Positions 48,001 to 56,951 of a stretch of DNA of 64,000 bases are shown here, in pieces. Position numbers and translations under genes: made by a program. The stretch's first letter is position 1, and each line of letters opens with the position of its first letter. The notes below the pieces were generated by a model. That model had not been told where the DNA came from. It made no database searches and was given only the letters and a program-made list of their open reading frames with translations. The DNA lies in NCBI GenBank assembly GCA_032718475.1, contig JAUCBJ010007494.1:18243-82242 (forward strand), read 5' to 3'. The stretch comes from Nemertoderma westbladi. Its lineage: Eukaryota > Animalia > Xenacoelomorpha.

Positions 48001-50247
48001 AACAAGTTGAAAGTTCCTCGAGCGGAGTTAAAAGCGGCTCTATACGCTACAGCCATCGGCCGGAATGTAACCGAACAGATTGACTATACATTAGAGAAAA
48101 CTGTATATTGGACCGACGCTTTACTCGTGTTAGAGTATATAACCAATGAAGTCTGTCAGTTCAGCGTCTTCGTTACCAACAGAGTAGCCATCATACTTAG
48201 TCGCACGACGATGGACCAATGGAGACATTGCCCCGGAACGATTAATCCAGCGGACATCGCGTCCCGAGGAGCGACTCCAAAGGAATTGGTAAATACTCCC
48301 GAATGGTTAGGCGGACCCGACTTTCTCTACCGAGAAGAAGAAGAATGGCCACCCCATCTCACAACAGCAGAGATCAGACAGGCCAAGGGAGCGGAGAAAG
48401 TTAAGCCCAAAACTCGAGCGAGTAAATCAAAGTTGTTCAAACCTGCGGTTGATCTATCTGTATTATTTACTTCCGGAGATGATGCTTTGGATCAGAAACC
48501 CACCGCCACGACGAAAGAAGTCTTGGAAATCCGTGACAAGGATTGGAAATCTGGAATACCAGATATCTCGCAAGGACTCTCACCTCTCTTGCAGAGAGCA
48601 ATACGTCACTACAGTTCCTGGAATCGGCTCTGTAAAGCCGTCACCTATTTGAAACGATGTTTTCATCATCGTTACTCCGGAACAAAGACCAATAGTGATG
48701 ATACTCCATCTACATCTGCACGAGTCCATGTTGTTAAAGATCTTCCCCAATATAAGGTATCCCACAGGTTTCTAAAGGAGAAGATCAGCTACCAGGAGCA
48801 TGATGAAACCAACAAACAGATGCTGAGACTCCTACAATGCTATGAGGATTCCGATAAGTATTTCCTGTTGTTAAGAAATCCACAGATGCGCTTAAGGGAT
48901 CGCTTCTCTAGTACCATGATAGATGGGTTAATACGTGTTGGAGGTCGGCTCACCAACGCCCCGTTATCCTTTGACACTAAGTTTCCCATACTCATTAGAA
49001 ATCTTGATATACAAATCAAGATGATTGTAGATGTTCATAGCAAACTGTACCATGCCGGTAGAGAGCGGGTTCTGAGCGAAATCCGAACTCGCTACTATTT
49101 TTATAAACCCCGTAGGGCTCTGAACCAAGTTCTTAGGAACTGCATACCCTGTAGGAAAGCATTCAGTAGGCCTTTAACGCAGCGAGAGGCAGAATTACCT
49201 AGGGAAAGAGTAAGCTTCTATGAACCACCCTTTACTAATACCGGTGTGGATTTATTTGGCCCTATTGAAGTATATCGTGCCCGGACTATAGTCAAGAGAT
49301 GGTGTGTCATCTTCGTTTGTATGACTTGTAGAGCTATCCATCTCGATATGGTAAACGATCTATCCACCAACAGCTTCGTGTTGAGTTTGCGACGACAGAT
49401 AGCTCGCTTCGGAACCAGTAACACGATGAGATCGGATAAGGGAACGAACTTCATTGGCGCCAATAACGAAATTCAAGCTTACGTAAAGGACTGGAATAAA
49501 AGACAGGTGGACGATCAGCTAAGAATAACAGCGTCTAGCTGGACCTTCAACGCCGCCGACGCCCCTTGGTGGGGAGGAAGTTGGGAGAGATTGATTAGGA
49601 GCGTGAAGACTGCGTTCCACTTTATTGTGCCTTGTCGCGCTTATCTCACCGACGAACTATTGCGGACGTTAATGGAGGAAATCGCCGCCTATCTCAACGA
49701 AAGACCGCTTATGCCAGTCTCTTCAAATCCTGATTCCCTGGAAGCGCTAACACCCGCGCACTTTCTACTGAAGAAACCCGTAGCCATGCTCCCGCAATCG
49801 GAGATCACAGACGGAGACGAGTACTGCCGTCGAACCTGGCAACTTATGCAGTTGCTATCCCGTCGTTTCGCTGACCATTTTGAGAAACATTACCTGCCCA
49901 CTCTACAACTTCGAACTAAGTGGTTTGCGCAGCAAGAAAACGTCAGCGCTGGAGACATGGTGCTTATTGTGGACCCCGATCTCCCACGTAAGCGATGGCA
50001 AACAGGACGTATCATCGAGACTTATATCTCGAGCGATGGTTTGGTGCGATCAGTAGAGCTCGTCGTCATGCGGCGGAACTTTAAGAAACCAGGGATAGTC
50101 TTTGAGACTCAACAGCTTAATCGCCCAGTGGGACGTTTATGTTTACTGGAAAGAGACAGAGAGCTCTCCGGAAACTATGGAAGGCAAGAAACTCTTCCCA
50201 CGACCACTTCCCTGATCCAACCGACATCTAGGGACTCCCCAACTTAA
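42079..50247 (+). CDS. BEL/Pao Gag-Pol polyprotein (2722 aa): Gag, 3 Zn knuckles, aspartic protease, RT, RNase H, integrase
   Basis: ALLDSGST; YLTHHYVPKPGKPNEVRVVFDGS, DIEGMFLQV, YMDD; LHVFGDAS, PRAELKAA, YWTDA, NPADIASRG; HSKLYH..CIPC, GVDLFGP, SDKGTNF, PWWGGSWERL; BEL domain order in a single ORF. Confidence 0.98.
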   Translation: MSDTKQNLSDSILDVTICDSDRDVQQSGRKFSSPPTVRKVIPPVVITEPRLVQHRRSIIGTRAQVKRDQQAAEQQQPASQELIPQRPSSSSSEDTVELTPERGAEMTDAVYTDPLLILPAAVLTRLLIAVEEHQIDWARSQRPTRDSYAGYTSEELKSIVESQWNFPGPGLPFDLSEAAWEDIHRMGVAKETIDPAVWKRSAAGYAQGFFSSMERVEKQLFQQPQGPQEQGSLLYQVRERVLRIRLILSAFEEASKRRQDTSLQVAVKTWFQRVSRQVQGAAQWKAQLEERSTHGESTDATFSQVESEATAEKPHKRDAIDIYLSDYQRFVGDEELRRRLDGLSPNSEGAQRVLDAIDVDRLAANQAKFDEQLRIARDQEEQVKKKRIEDRKAAAVAAAVAEAEAERKAAAAVAEAEAEKKAAVAVAEAEAERKAAAAVAAAEAERKTAEAVAEAERMAYEEATQLELENLQERQDNFNKQLTASNMQMMSRSTPKRQGYTSSEEGDTTDTEGGGNRPRLSRRKRTFHRQKLPDLPPAVRRQLNNNNLGSTEPTDQIITIERLPTIVDEPEIIRPVLEITPSVIDTPVLPEATYKFPLHSTKLPVPSRTAQETVQVLDPERNIPTLSPVVPRLPATTLADPVSAVDWVDERRRGMDILLGEMKENRRLSSQQVRELEGTVQHLKGTVRESRLELQEVQQSIALERDKLVNTQKGIPPPSVTMCQPVRSEVSHAQGVEPTRIYTASEVETPIVNPIKGNYRPVDNDIPYRTDHNPRNLYTDNSILNSTMAQESFTRQMARTEARQAVKVGEIVKFNGDEMKWLPFNEYYKDSIQNSVLSNGEKLRYLIECLEGSPKLMALKFIGHPDGLRQVWDTINIRYGNRNNIAGYLYAKLVAPRKFISSEIIEFSDEIQEICRQLDWLGKSHEYQNTMVIRAVASTLPKGGVGTRWDKKVLYMMEQQRRDPTMADLMSFLDGEVKLQLLKLSREKTPENKVSEKPVSRRKITPVCYTDDGESQTSQGEDSGKDTDRSYYVNKMPKDQVSKFKSRTNDRREQVRKTPPMSPKRIQVRKPEEKASVHNVTQNKVSNIKPKCALCDGTHYLNRCDEFLKKSLTERREVMWDKRLCYNCLRQGHQRRTCFSDIRCAKCGAKHHILLHAEFDRNSPNQVSDSELHVQFSDVNDTDQSEMEGFYTDEFSDENESCYMINTAVYRALTYEKDTDNDFNLTTSERQQSWKEPSSNVGIREFPVVQVRVHGPKRSYVVNALLDSGSTGTFIDKELAEDIFAGQLKFQTKLNMSGIMQVWKSTITADYYVGALSTPQDELGEHSIRSVKMVAIKNFATTQADLYNWDEDESIQHLNIPRFQTDYPGVQILIGQNAHEALETLEKRPAQPQPLQTYAVRTRVGWYFTGPSRRTLRERLPPESVCQVSEWEDDTSEGDNSTEGIPYSSDNDDVHQLFDEENTIDLLKENDAWQNQVNLCQLLYPSEREAYNDELHDVIERHNAKIRDEHAVRFFTQEAVEPNSYDKALSVEEERAKQIQETTTRFIKDQGRYEVGLPFRKKEPKFINNRPLAEKRIAQLHRRLTANSSAKTMYQTQLEKFINKGYAERVPEETPVTERTYYLTHHYVPKPGKPNEVRVVFDGSALYMGQSLNSELLPGPNLLQSLLGILLRLRQYAIAFASDIEGMFLQVKVLDRDRDSLRFLWWPEGDLNQKPVEYWMTIQAFGIISSPSNACSVVRTTAEDNREAFSKEVIDNIKKDIYMDDNLKSLPSVEEAIEVAKGTVECLKRGGFRLTKFTSNSREFLESIPAEDRGAKDLDLIKDDLPETKTLGLKWDTERDILFFQLKQRDNPVRTKRICLSILSTYFDPLGFISPVILIARSLVQQMWLENHSWDDPLKGELLKQWMKWEDSLPAIEEFIISRSYFGHVFPTYSYQLHVFGDASDMGIGIVAYLRVETPDGIKLALVTSKALINNKLKVPRAELKAALYATAIGRNVTEQIDYTLEKTVYWTDALLVLEYITNEVCQFSVFVTNRVAIILSRTTMDQWRHCPGTINPADIASRGATPKELVNTPEWLGGPDFLYREEEEWPPHLTTAEIRQAKGAEKVKPKTRASKSKLFKPAVDLSVLFTSGDDALDQKPTATTKEVLEIRDKDWKSGIPDISQGLSPLLQRAIRHYSSWNRLCKAVTYLKRCFHHRYSGTKTNSDDTPSTSARVHVVKDLPQYKVSHRFLKEKISYQEHDETNKQMLRLLQCYEDSDKYFLLLRNPQMRLRDRFSSTMIDGLIRVGGRLTNAPLSFDTKFPILIRNLDIQIKMIVDVHSKLYHAGRERVLSEIRTRYYFYKPRRALNQVLRNCIPCRKAFSRPLTQREAELPRERVSFYEPPFTNTGVDLFGPIEVYRARTIVKRWCVIFVCMTCRAIHLDMVNDLSTNSFVLSLRRQIARFGTSNTMRSDKGTNFIGANNEIQAYVKDWNKRQVDDQLRITASSWTFNAADAPWWGGSWERLIRSVKTAFHFIVPCRAYLTDELLRTLMEEIAAYLNERPLMPVSSNPDSLEALTPAHFLLKKPVAMLPQSEITDGDEYCRRTWQLMQLLSRRFADHFEKHYLPTLQLRTKWFAQQENVSAGDMVLIVDPDLPRKRWQTGRIIETYISSDGLVRSVELVVMRRNFKKPGIVFETQQLNRPVGRLCLLERDRELSGNYGRQETLPTTTSLIQPTSRDSPT

Positions 50248-51897
50248 TATCGTTCGGAGTGGGCGTGTGACTCTATTATTTTATATTCTTTTATTATTTT
50301 ATATTTATGTATGTATTACTATGTAATTTTATTATAATCGTTTTATTTAATTTAGTAGAATATTATTTTGGCGATTATTTTGTAGAATAGCGCAATATAT
50401 TCGTGTTTATTACGTACGTACATACTTACTTATATTATATTTAGTGCGACGGCGAAGAAATAATTATTTTTTCTCTTTCCTTACTGTCCGTATTATATTA
50501 TAAATACGTAACTACAGTAAGATGAAATGTCTGTACTTATTAAAGTACAATAAAGCCACTACTATATTTAAGTATTATTGGTAGGCAGAGTATTAGGAAT
50601 GCAAAGTTCAGATCCTCGTGTCTCGGCTAAACCAAGCTCTGGGTAGACCTTGGAAACGACTTGCCTCTTCACACTGACATTGCTTCGTGCGATATTGCTC
50701 TCATACCGTATATTAAATAATACATATAGTAGCGTGATGTCCCTTTAACAGTAGCGTATAATGCAAAATAAATCTGATAAACCCTTTGACCATCTGTAAT
50801 TCTAGTCGATTAAGATATCGCGGCACCCACCGATATACTTGAAAGACAAATTCTAGAATCAGTGGTTAACGTCCCCAGACAAGTTCTGGAATAAATCGGT
50901 GCCCATCTCAAATATTAATTATTTAATATTTGCAAATCAAATAAGTCAAAATCTGTAAAATTCAGATCCTTCAACAATTCTAGTCAATTAAGATATCGTA
51001 GCATTTACCGATATTCTTAAAGAGACAATTTTCTTAGAATTAAGGATCTTGTGTCCCTAGACATGTTCTAGAATCAAAATATGTCTATCTAATTATCAAA
51101 TAATAAAATTTCAGGGAATAAATTTAAATTCATGTTTTTTAATGAATTTAATAAATTGCCATTTTACGCAATTTATAACATTCCCAAAATTCTATTAATT
51201 AATAGATCAAGGGAGCGGAGATTTATATTATTATGCGTATGCGTGTACGAAAGTCTCCCCAACATAGTCAATAGCCGATAAAATTCATAAAGTCATATAT
51301 AAACAGGACATTGACTATTAAAGAATTCCTATTAAATAACATCCCAGATCTGTATGCATTGGAATTACTCTAATTCTACCGCTAGCTTTGCATAATGTCA
51401 CCATAGCAACAACCACGCTAGAATTAGGATTGAGTTAAACTAACAATAGAAAGCTTGTCCCATTGAATAACATAGGGAATAAATAGCGCACTACTAGTAT
51501 CCAAGGATACATAATAATACAGTGACATTCTGGAAGGCATTGACTAACGGACAAATGGCCCGAATGTGTGTAGTTGTGACCAGTTGTGTGGTATTTGTGA
51601 GTTTATAGGTGAATGTTACTGCTAAAGTGTGTTTACCGTAGCTAGTCACAATCGTAAAATAACCTAACTCCCCAAGGAATACCTGAAGTACATCTAAGCC
51701 TTTGGGACGGACAGTGGAGTGACTTGTGTCGGTTATCGTTGTAGTTGTACGGCTACGTCGTTGGCGAAAGTACAGCTACAGCGGTACATCGGCGCTGAGA
51801 ATCTCTTACTGTCCGGGGGCAAGGGGAACTAGGCGTCGACGCCCGCTCGCCTAACGATATAAACTCATTATCATATTGGTGAACTCGTATAGCAGAT

Positions 51898-54800
51898 ATG
51901 ACTGAATTAATAGAAGATGATCTTGGTATCAGGGAGAGATATACTCTACCTCTACAAGCGTTTGTCGATAGCTTAATACGCGGCGACGCTGATCCAACTC
52001 CTACGGAGGACGATGGTCGTTATATCGAACCGCCAATGTCCCAGGAGCAACTTACGCGTGAATTGGATTATAGAAAGTTCACTGCTCGCTACACTCATCG
52101 TAATGGTACGTATATGGACTTCTTGACCACTGGTCATCCTATTGATTTACACGACACCGACGATGTAGACACCGAAAGGGAAATGGTTTTATTTAAATAT
52201 CATGCCCAGCGGAGTCGAAACGATAAATCGAGAATAGAACACGAGAACTCTATTCGAAACAAACTCGAAAGAGAAGACGTTGAAGAACCTGATAAACGTA
52301 ACGGTTTCAACGATTATCTAGAATTCTTACGAGAGACCTATCTCAATGTTGCTAGTCAACAAAACCTCGAAACTCGATATCCCCAAGGTATACATCCAGA
52401 TCCTATAATGGAACTCAAACGGCTCTATTTTACGATGATGTATCTTACCGCCGATCGACCGCTACCTGTCGTTCCAGATAGCTTCGAACAGATGGAGGAA
52501 TATTGTAAAACTGGAGAGCGATCACCCGCGTTTCCCCTTCAAGACGTGCGTCTTTGGTATTACTGTGACGAATGCCCTAGACCTAACCAGCAAATCGAAA
52601 GGCATAAACACCCTCTGAGACGTTGCGCTAAGCACAGTTTTACGCGATATACTTATGGGAGTTTCGAGCTTAACCTTTTCGACGTATCGCCTACGGTCGC
52701 GCGCCTTAAGCGATCATTGAATAAACCCATGATCAGAGTTCCGGAATACTCGGTCAGACCTCCCCATTCACAAGTGATACCTCAAACTCTAGATCCTAAT
52801 AGTATTACGGATCCTCCCGAACTGTACTCACTGTTCAAAGATCTAGTGTTACCTGAACAGTTGATTGGTGGCACTCCGGTAGTGGGTTCGCTGGATATTC
52901 GCCAACCTTACCTTGCTGGACTAGGACGCGGTCATTTAATATCACCGTTTAATCCCTACAACCGTCCTGGCCTTCCTCCGATCCAACCTGTTACAGAAGT
53001 CGAAGAGAGCGTGATACGAAATGCATTGGACGCTATTCGGCAGAAAATCGGGAAAGGAACTTACGATTGCTTGGAGAAACGTAAATTGCAGCAACAAGTC
53101 CAAGCGGTGAAAGAACTAGCTTTACCCCAGTTTGATAGAGAAATACAAAATCTAGAGGAGGACATCGAACGTGGACGAACCTACTCTTTACAGGAATTCC
53201 TGGACGAGCGCTTGCAACAACAAGCGGAGGAAAATCAGATCGAGGAAAGACATATAGAACTGACTGAGAGGGAAGAAGCAGCTTTAGCTCAACCAGAGGC
53301 TCAAATTCTCGTGACGGATCTCTATTCCAAAACGATCCTCCACCCCTCAATGGTTCCTCAGTTTAAAGACAAGCTCTTTGCTACGGTACAACCTCAACCG
53401 GTTAATACTGATCTCAGATCTCACGAGCTCGTTGCTGACGCTCCCATGCTACAACGCCCACCCGTAGAGGCTGCCCGTGTCGATGGCATACTTGTTGAGC
53501 CTCCGGACAATAGAGCAGATCTTGTCCGTCGCATGGTGCACGATGTTAACATACGCGCTCACCCGTTAATACTTGGAACTAAACTCGCCAAGTTAGACGA
53601 ACACAATAAGTTCATACGTTTTGAATGTTTCCGGCGCTTTCTGACTCCGTTCCGTAAAGTCGATAGTCAGTTCAAAGATCGCGCGCTGACCAAGCTCAGT
53701 CTTAGAGACTCAGCTGCGGAGAAACTGAGTAGCGCTGGATTTGCTGTGTTTCAAGACGTTTGTATACAGAACTCACATTCATCTGTTATACAAAGACCCC
53801 GAATACCTACAGGTTATTCTGTCGTGGAAATACAGACAGTGGGTCCACTTACGGAAACCGACGCACCAACTTCGTCTATGCAGCTGGAGGATGAACCAGT
53901 ATGCTTGGAATCCGAAGCGATTCAACCTACGGCTTCTCGGAGCAGTGACAATGATTATGTCATAGAGTGGTATCAAGGTCCACAGCGTCTCACAGCGTAC
54001 GATTATCGACACGCCAACTACGTTTCCCGAAAACGTTGTCGATTATGCGCATCGAGAGACCACTTCACTCCTCTAGACTCGAGCGTACCTTGTTCCTATT
54101 TCCTCGAACAACCGATGATGGAAATATATTGTGCTTATTGCCGGCTTAATAACTCTCATATATTTGCCGTCTGCCAACAATTTATGACTCAATGTCACTA
54201 CTGCCAACTTAAAGGACACGAAAGTTACAATTGTCCCTTTAATCGCGATTTAGAGAGCGTAGACGAGATGATCACCCTGCGATACATCCGAGCTTGGGAA
54301 GCGAACGCAGATTTACATTGCGAATCCAGACATCGCTATTACCCTGGACGAGCTTACGAGGGAGTTTACGCGTTCCATCCTTATCTATTCGCGTCGATTG
54401 AACAGAAAACACGCGTACCAAGTTACGAGTTAATGAAGCGTGTTGGTGAGTGTATTTCCACCAAGTTTGTCAGGAAATACCTGAGAAACGTTAATCCTAA
54501 TGATATAACCACATATCACCTGATCAATTTTATCCGTCAGGACCCTGAGTATGGCGACATTTTCGTGAACTCGCATCCTGAACTCCAGGAAGTATCTCGG
54601 CGCCCATATGAATATCGAACCCGAGAACGCGAGCTGGAGAGAACCATTAAACCGAGAAAGTTCCTCACCACTCACGGTCCACCCACCGCTAGTGTCCAGA
54701 CGACCCGTCAAGGACCCGTGGGAGCTGCTGTCCTGAGACGCGCTCTAAAGGCCGTTAGACCTCGCTCCACTGAGGTTGATATTAATCAACCAGGTACTTC

Positions 54801-54966
54801 GACCGGCGGGTATACCGATCGTAATCCTACCCCTTCTGATGCAATCGTATTGCACCCTTCGCCTAGGAGCTACAGCCCTCCTCATAAAGTGGCTCGCCCC
54901 AAAGAGAAAAGGACTCTTGCTAGCCTCAAGAAACTGCGTAAACGCCGTCCGCGCAAGAAAGACTAA
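51898..54966 (+). CDS. ORF2 (1022 aa), unknown soluble protein with three CCHC knuckles and a C-terminal NLS-like tail
   Basis: Long open frame inside the LTRs; CRLCASRDH..C, CAYCRLNNSHIFAVC, CHYCQLKGHESYNC; KKLRKRRPRKKD; no signal peptide or transmembrane segment visible. Confidence 0.9.
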   Translation: MTELIEDDLGIRERYTLPLQAFVDSLIRGDADPTPTEDDGRYIEPPMSQEQLTRELDYRKFTARYTHRNGTYMDFLTTGHPIDLHDTDDVDTEREMVLFKYHAQRSRNDKSRIEHENSIRNKLEREDVEEPDKRNGFNDYLEFLRETYLNVASQQNLETRYPQGIHPDPIMELKRLYFTMMYLTADRPLPVVPDSFEQMEEYCKTGERSPAFPLQDVRLWYYCDECPRPNQQIERHKHPLRRCAKHSFTRYTYGSFELNLFDVSPTVARLKRSLNKPMIRVPEYSVRPPHSQVIPQTLDPNSITDPPELYSLFKDLVLPEQLIGGTPVVGSLDIRQPYLAGLGRGHLISPFNPYNRPGLPPIQPVTEVEESVIRNALDAIRQKIGKGTYDCLEKRKLQQQVQAVKELALPQFDREIQNLEEDIERGRTYSLQEFLDERLQQQAEENQIEERHIELTEREEAALAQPEAQILVTDLYSKTILHPSMVPQFKDKLFATVQPQPVNTDLRSHELVADAPMLQRPPVEAARVDGILVEPPDNRADLVRRMVHDVNIRAHPLILGTKLAKLDEHNKFIRFECFRRFLTPFRKVDSQFKDRALTKLSLRDSAAEKLSSAGFAVFQDVCIQNSHSSVIQRPRIPTGYSVVEIQTVGPLTETDAPTSSMQLEDEPVCLESEAIQPTASRSSDNDYVIEWYQGPQRLTAYDYRHANYVSRKRCRLCASRDHFTPLDSSVPCSYFLEQPMMEIYCAYCRLNNSHIFAVCQQFMTQCHYCQLKGHESYNCPFNRDLESVDEMITLRYIRAWEANADLHCESRHRYYPGRAYEGVYAFHPYLFASIEQKTRVPSYELMKRVGECISTKFVRKYLRNVNPNDITTYHLINFIRQDPEYGDIFVNSHPELQEVSRRPYEYRTRERELERTIKPRKFLTTHGPPTASVQTTRQGPVGAAVLRRALKAVRPRSTEVDINQPGTSTGGYTDRNPTPSDAIVLHPSPRSYSPPHKVARPKEKRTLASLKKLRKRRPRKKD

Positions 54967-55036
54967 CTGTTTAGAGTATTTTTATATTTTAGAAACTGTG
55001 ATTTTATATATTTTATAGACTTAAATCCCATTTTCT

Positions 55037-55044
55037 GGGAGCGG
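55037..55044 (+). promoter_or_regulatory. Short polypurine tract GGGAGCGG
   Basis: Immediately precedes the 3' LTR in all three copies, within a TCCCA-n5-TGGGA hairpin. Confidence 0.75.
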
Positions 55045-56268
55045 TGTAAAAGCTTTTGTGGGATAACTGATTCGTTTGCCTTGTTGGCCAGTTCCCCCCC
55101 AGTCGCTAAGAATACTCTCAAAGTGATCTATAGTTAAAATAGTGTAAGCTACCAGCTTATTGGCTGATTTGTGGGATGCAGGTATCTGGGCTCTGTTAAT
55201 CGTCCAACTAGCCTAAGAGGGTTGCGTCATAGCCTGTTTTTGTATCTTCCAATAGAAATTTGAGTTATCCTGGATTTTAACCAATCCTGAGCTACTGAAC
55301 TGAAAATTCCTATCTCACTGCTCATCCTCTGTGTTGAACGGGAGCTTTGGGGAATAAGTGTAGTTGGTATTCTCGTAGTCACGAGTTTTTTAAAGCCACG
55401 AAAGAACGGCTTATAGTGTTTTGTGCTTTTCTGCTTTTTAGTTTAACACTAGCAGGTTTAATTATAAGGACATATATCCTTTAACTGGCAAAACAAACTG
55501 CATATCATATCAAACTGCGGACTGCATACCTAACGCACGGCATACTACTGACTGCTGAAACATTGCAAACTCATAACAATCAGTGTTCAGTTGTTGTTTT
55601 ATACTGCTATTTACTGTCGGTTATTCATTATATTTGTGGATGAATTATTATATTTGGAATAACGAGAAACAACCCCGAAACCCAATATTCTTGATATACC
55701 GAAGGTAAGAGAGAAAGGTTACAGATAAACGATTGTGACTTATGTTAAAGTGGTTTGAAGTGAATTTAATGTTATTTGATAGACCCTACATGAGTCAGCC
55801 TGTGTTCCTTTTATATGTGACTAAAATCAGTGAAGATCGGCAGATTAGTGTGCAGTATTGTGCAGCATTGTGTATGCGTGAGTCTGTTAAAGAAGCATTT
55901 CCTAAAGAATGCGCCATATATGTTAATTATAACTAAACCATATCGTTGTGAGTAGTTTAAGTCATAACTCTGTTTATATAGATAGAGCGCCACGTCCTAA
56001 AGGAACTGTTAATATTCCCGAAGGTAAATAATATTGTCAGAGATTATATAATACTGTCAGTCGAATAATACATTAGGCTTACATAGCAATAAAATTAAAC
56101 CGTCGAACCCAATCTCCCGGGAATATCCAGCGGGTGAATGGTCGCGCACGGATTGGTTTCGACTAGTGTAGTGAATCAAATATTTGTCGTAGGCAGAAAA
56201 GCGATTTAATATCTAGAAGACATCATAATTTGGTGGGTTAAACTGCCAAAGGTCTGAAAGCGCGAACA
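55045..56268 (+). repeat. 3' LTR of copy C
   Basis: Matches 38657-39880; followed by TSD TTCTG. Confidence 0.98.
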
Positions 56269-56303
56269 TTCTGTCACAAATTGGTGTAACAATAGCAGTT
56301 AGA

Positions 56304-56484
56304 ACATTAATCTAACTTAGTGGGTTAGGAGAGCCCAAATCGAAATTACTAAAAGGTAACAGTGACAGTTAATGTTTGTAACACAAAACTTTACATTAAT
56401 CTAACTTAGTGGGTTAGGAGAGCCCAAATCGAACTTACTAAAAGTTAACAGTGACAGTTAATGTTTGTAACACAAAACTTTACA
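56304..56484. repeat. 89-bp direct tandem duplication
   Basis: ACATTAATCTAACTTAGTGGGTTAGGAGAGCCC occurs at 56304 and 56393. Confidence 0.9.
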
Positions 56485-56951
56485 ATAATCTTTTTTCATG
56501 TTTACGATTTTTAACATTAACTTAATTCACTTAAGGATAAAAAGTACATCAATAAAATAAACATGGTATATTGAATGTATTTTACATTGTTTTAACATGT
56601 ACAATTATTTCAAAACAAACATACGAATATATAAAAATAGAGCCAGCGAATGAATATGTACTGCAATAAGTTTGGTCGGTGTAACATTCCTCCTACAACC
56701 AAAGAGACTACCGGAATATCTAACCATTTATTTGTAATAATTGAATAAAATATATAAATTATCAAACACGTTTAAAACAGCTGATGTTACATAATATAAT
56801 GGGGCATTTTAATCTAAATACTAAATACCTAAACAATATACACAATAACACAGAAATTAGTATCTGTAGAATAACTTTATAGAATAATAAAGAATATTAT
56901 AGAATATTAACGTTCAATAAAATAGTAGTCTATGGATAGTATTGTGTTAAT

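Larger units (their letters stand above)
38657..56268 (+). mobile_element. Full-length BEL/Pao LTR retrotransposon copy C (17.6 kb) with an extra ORF
   Basis: 1224-bp LTRs with no difference noticed; TSD TTCTG (38652-38656, 56269-56273); intact gag-pol and ORF2. Confidence 0.98.

Noticed and set aside
51898-54966. ORF2 as envelope gene
   Set aside because: No signal peptide and no transmembrane anchor; it has zinc knuckles and a basic tail instead.
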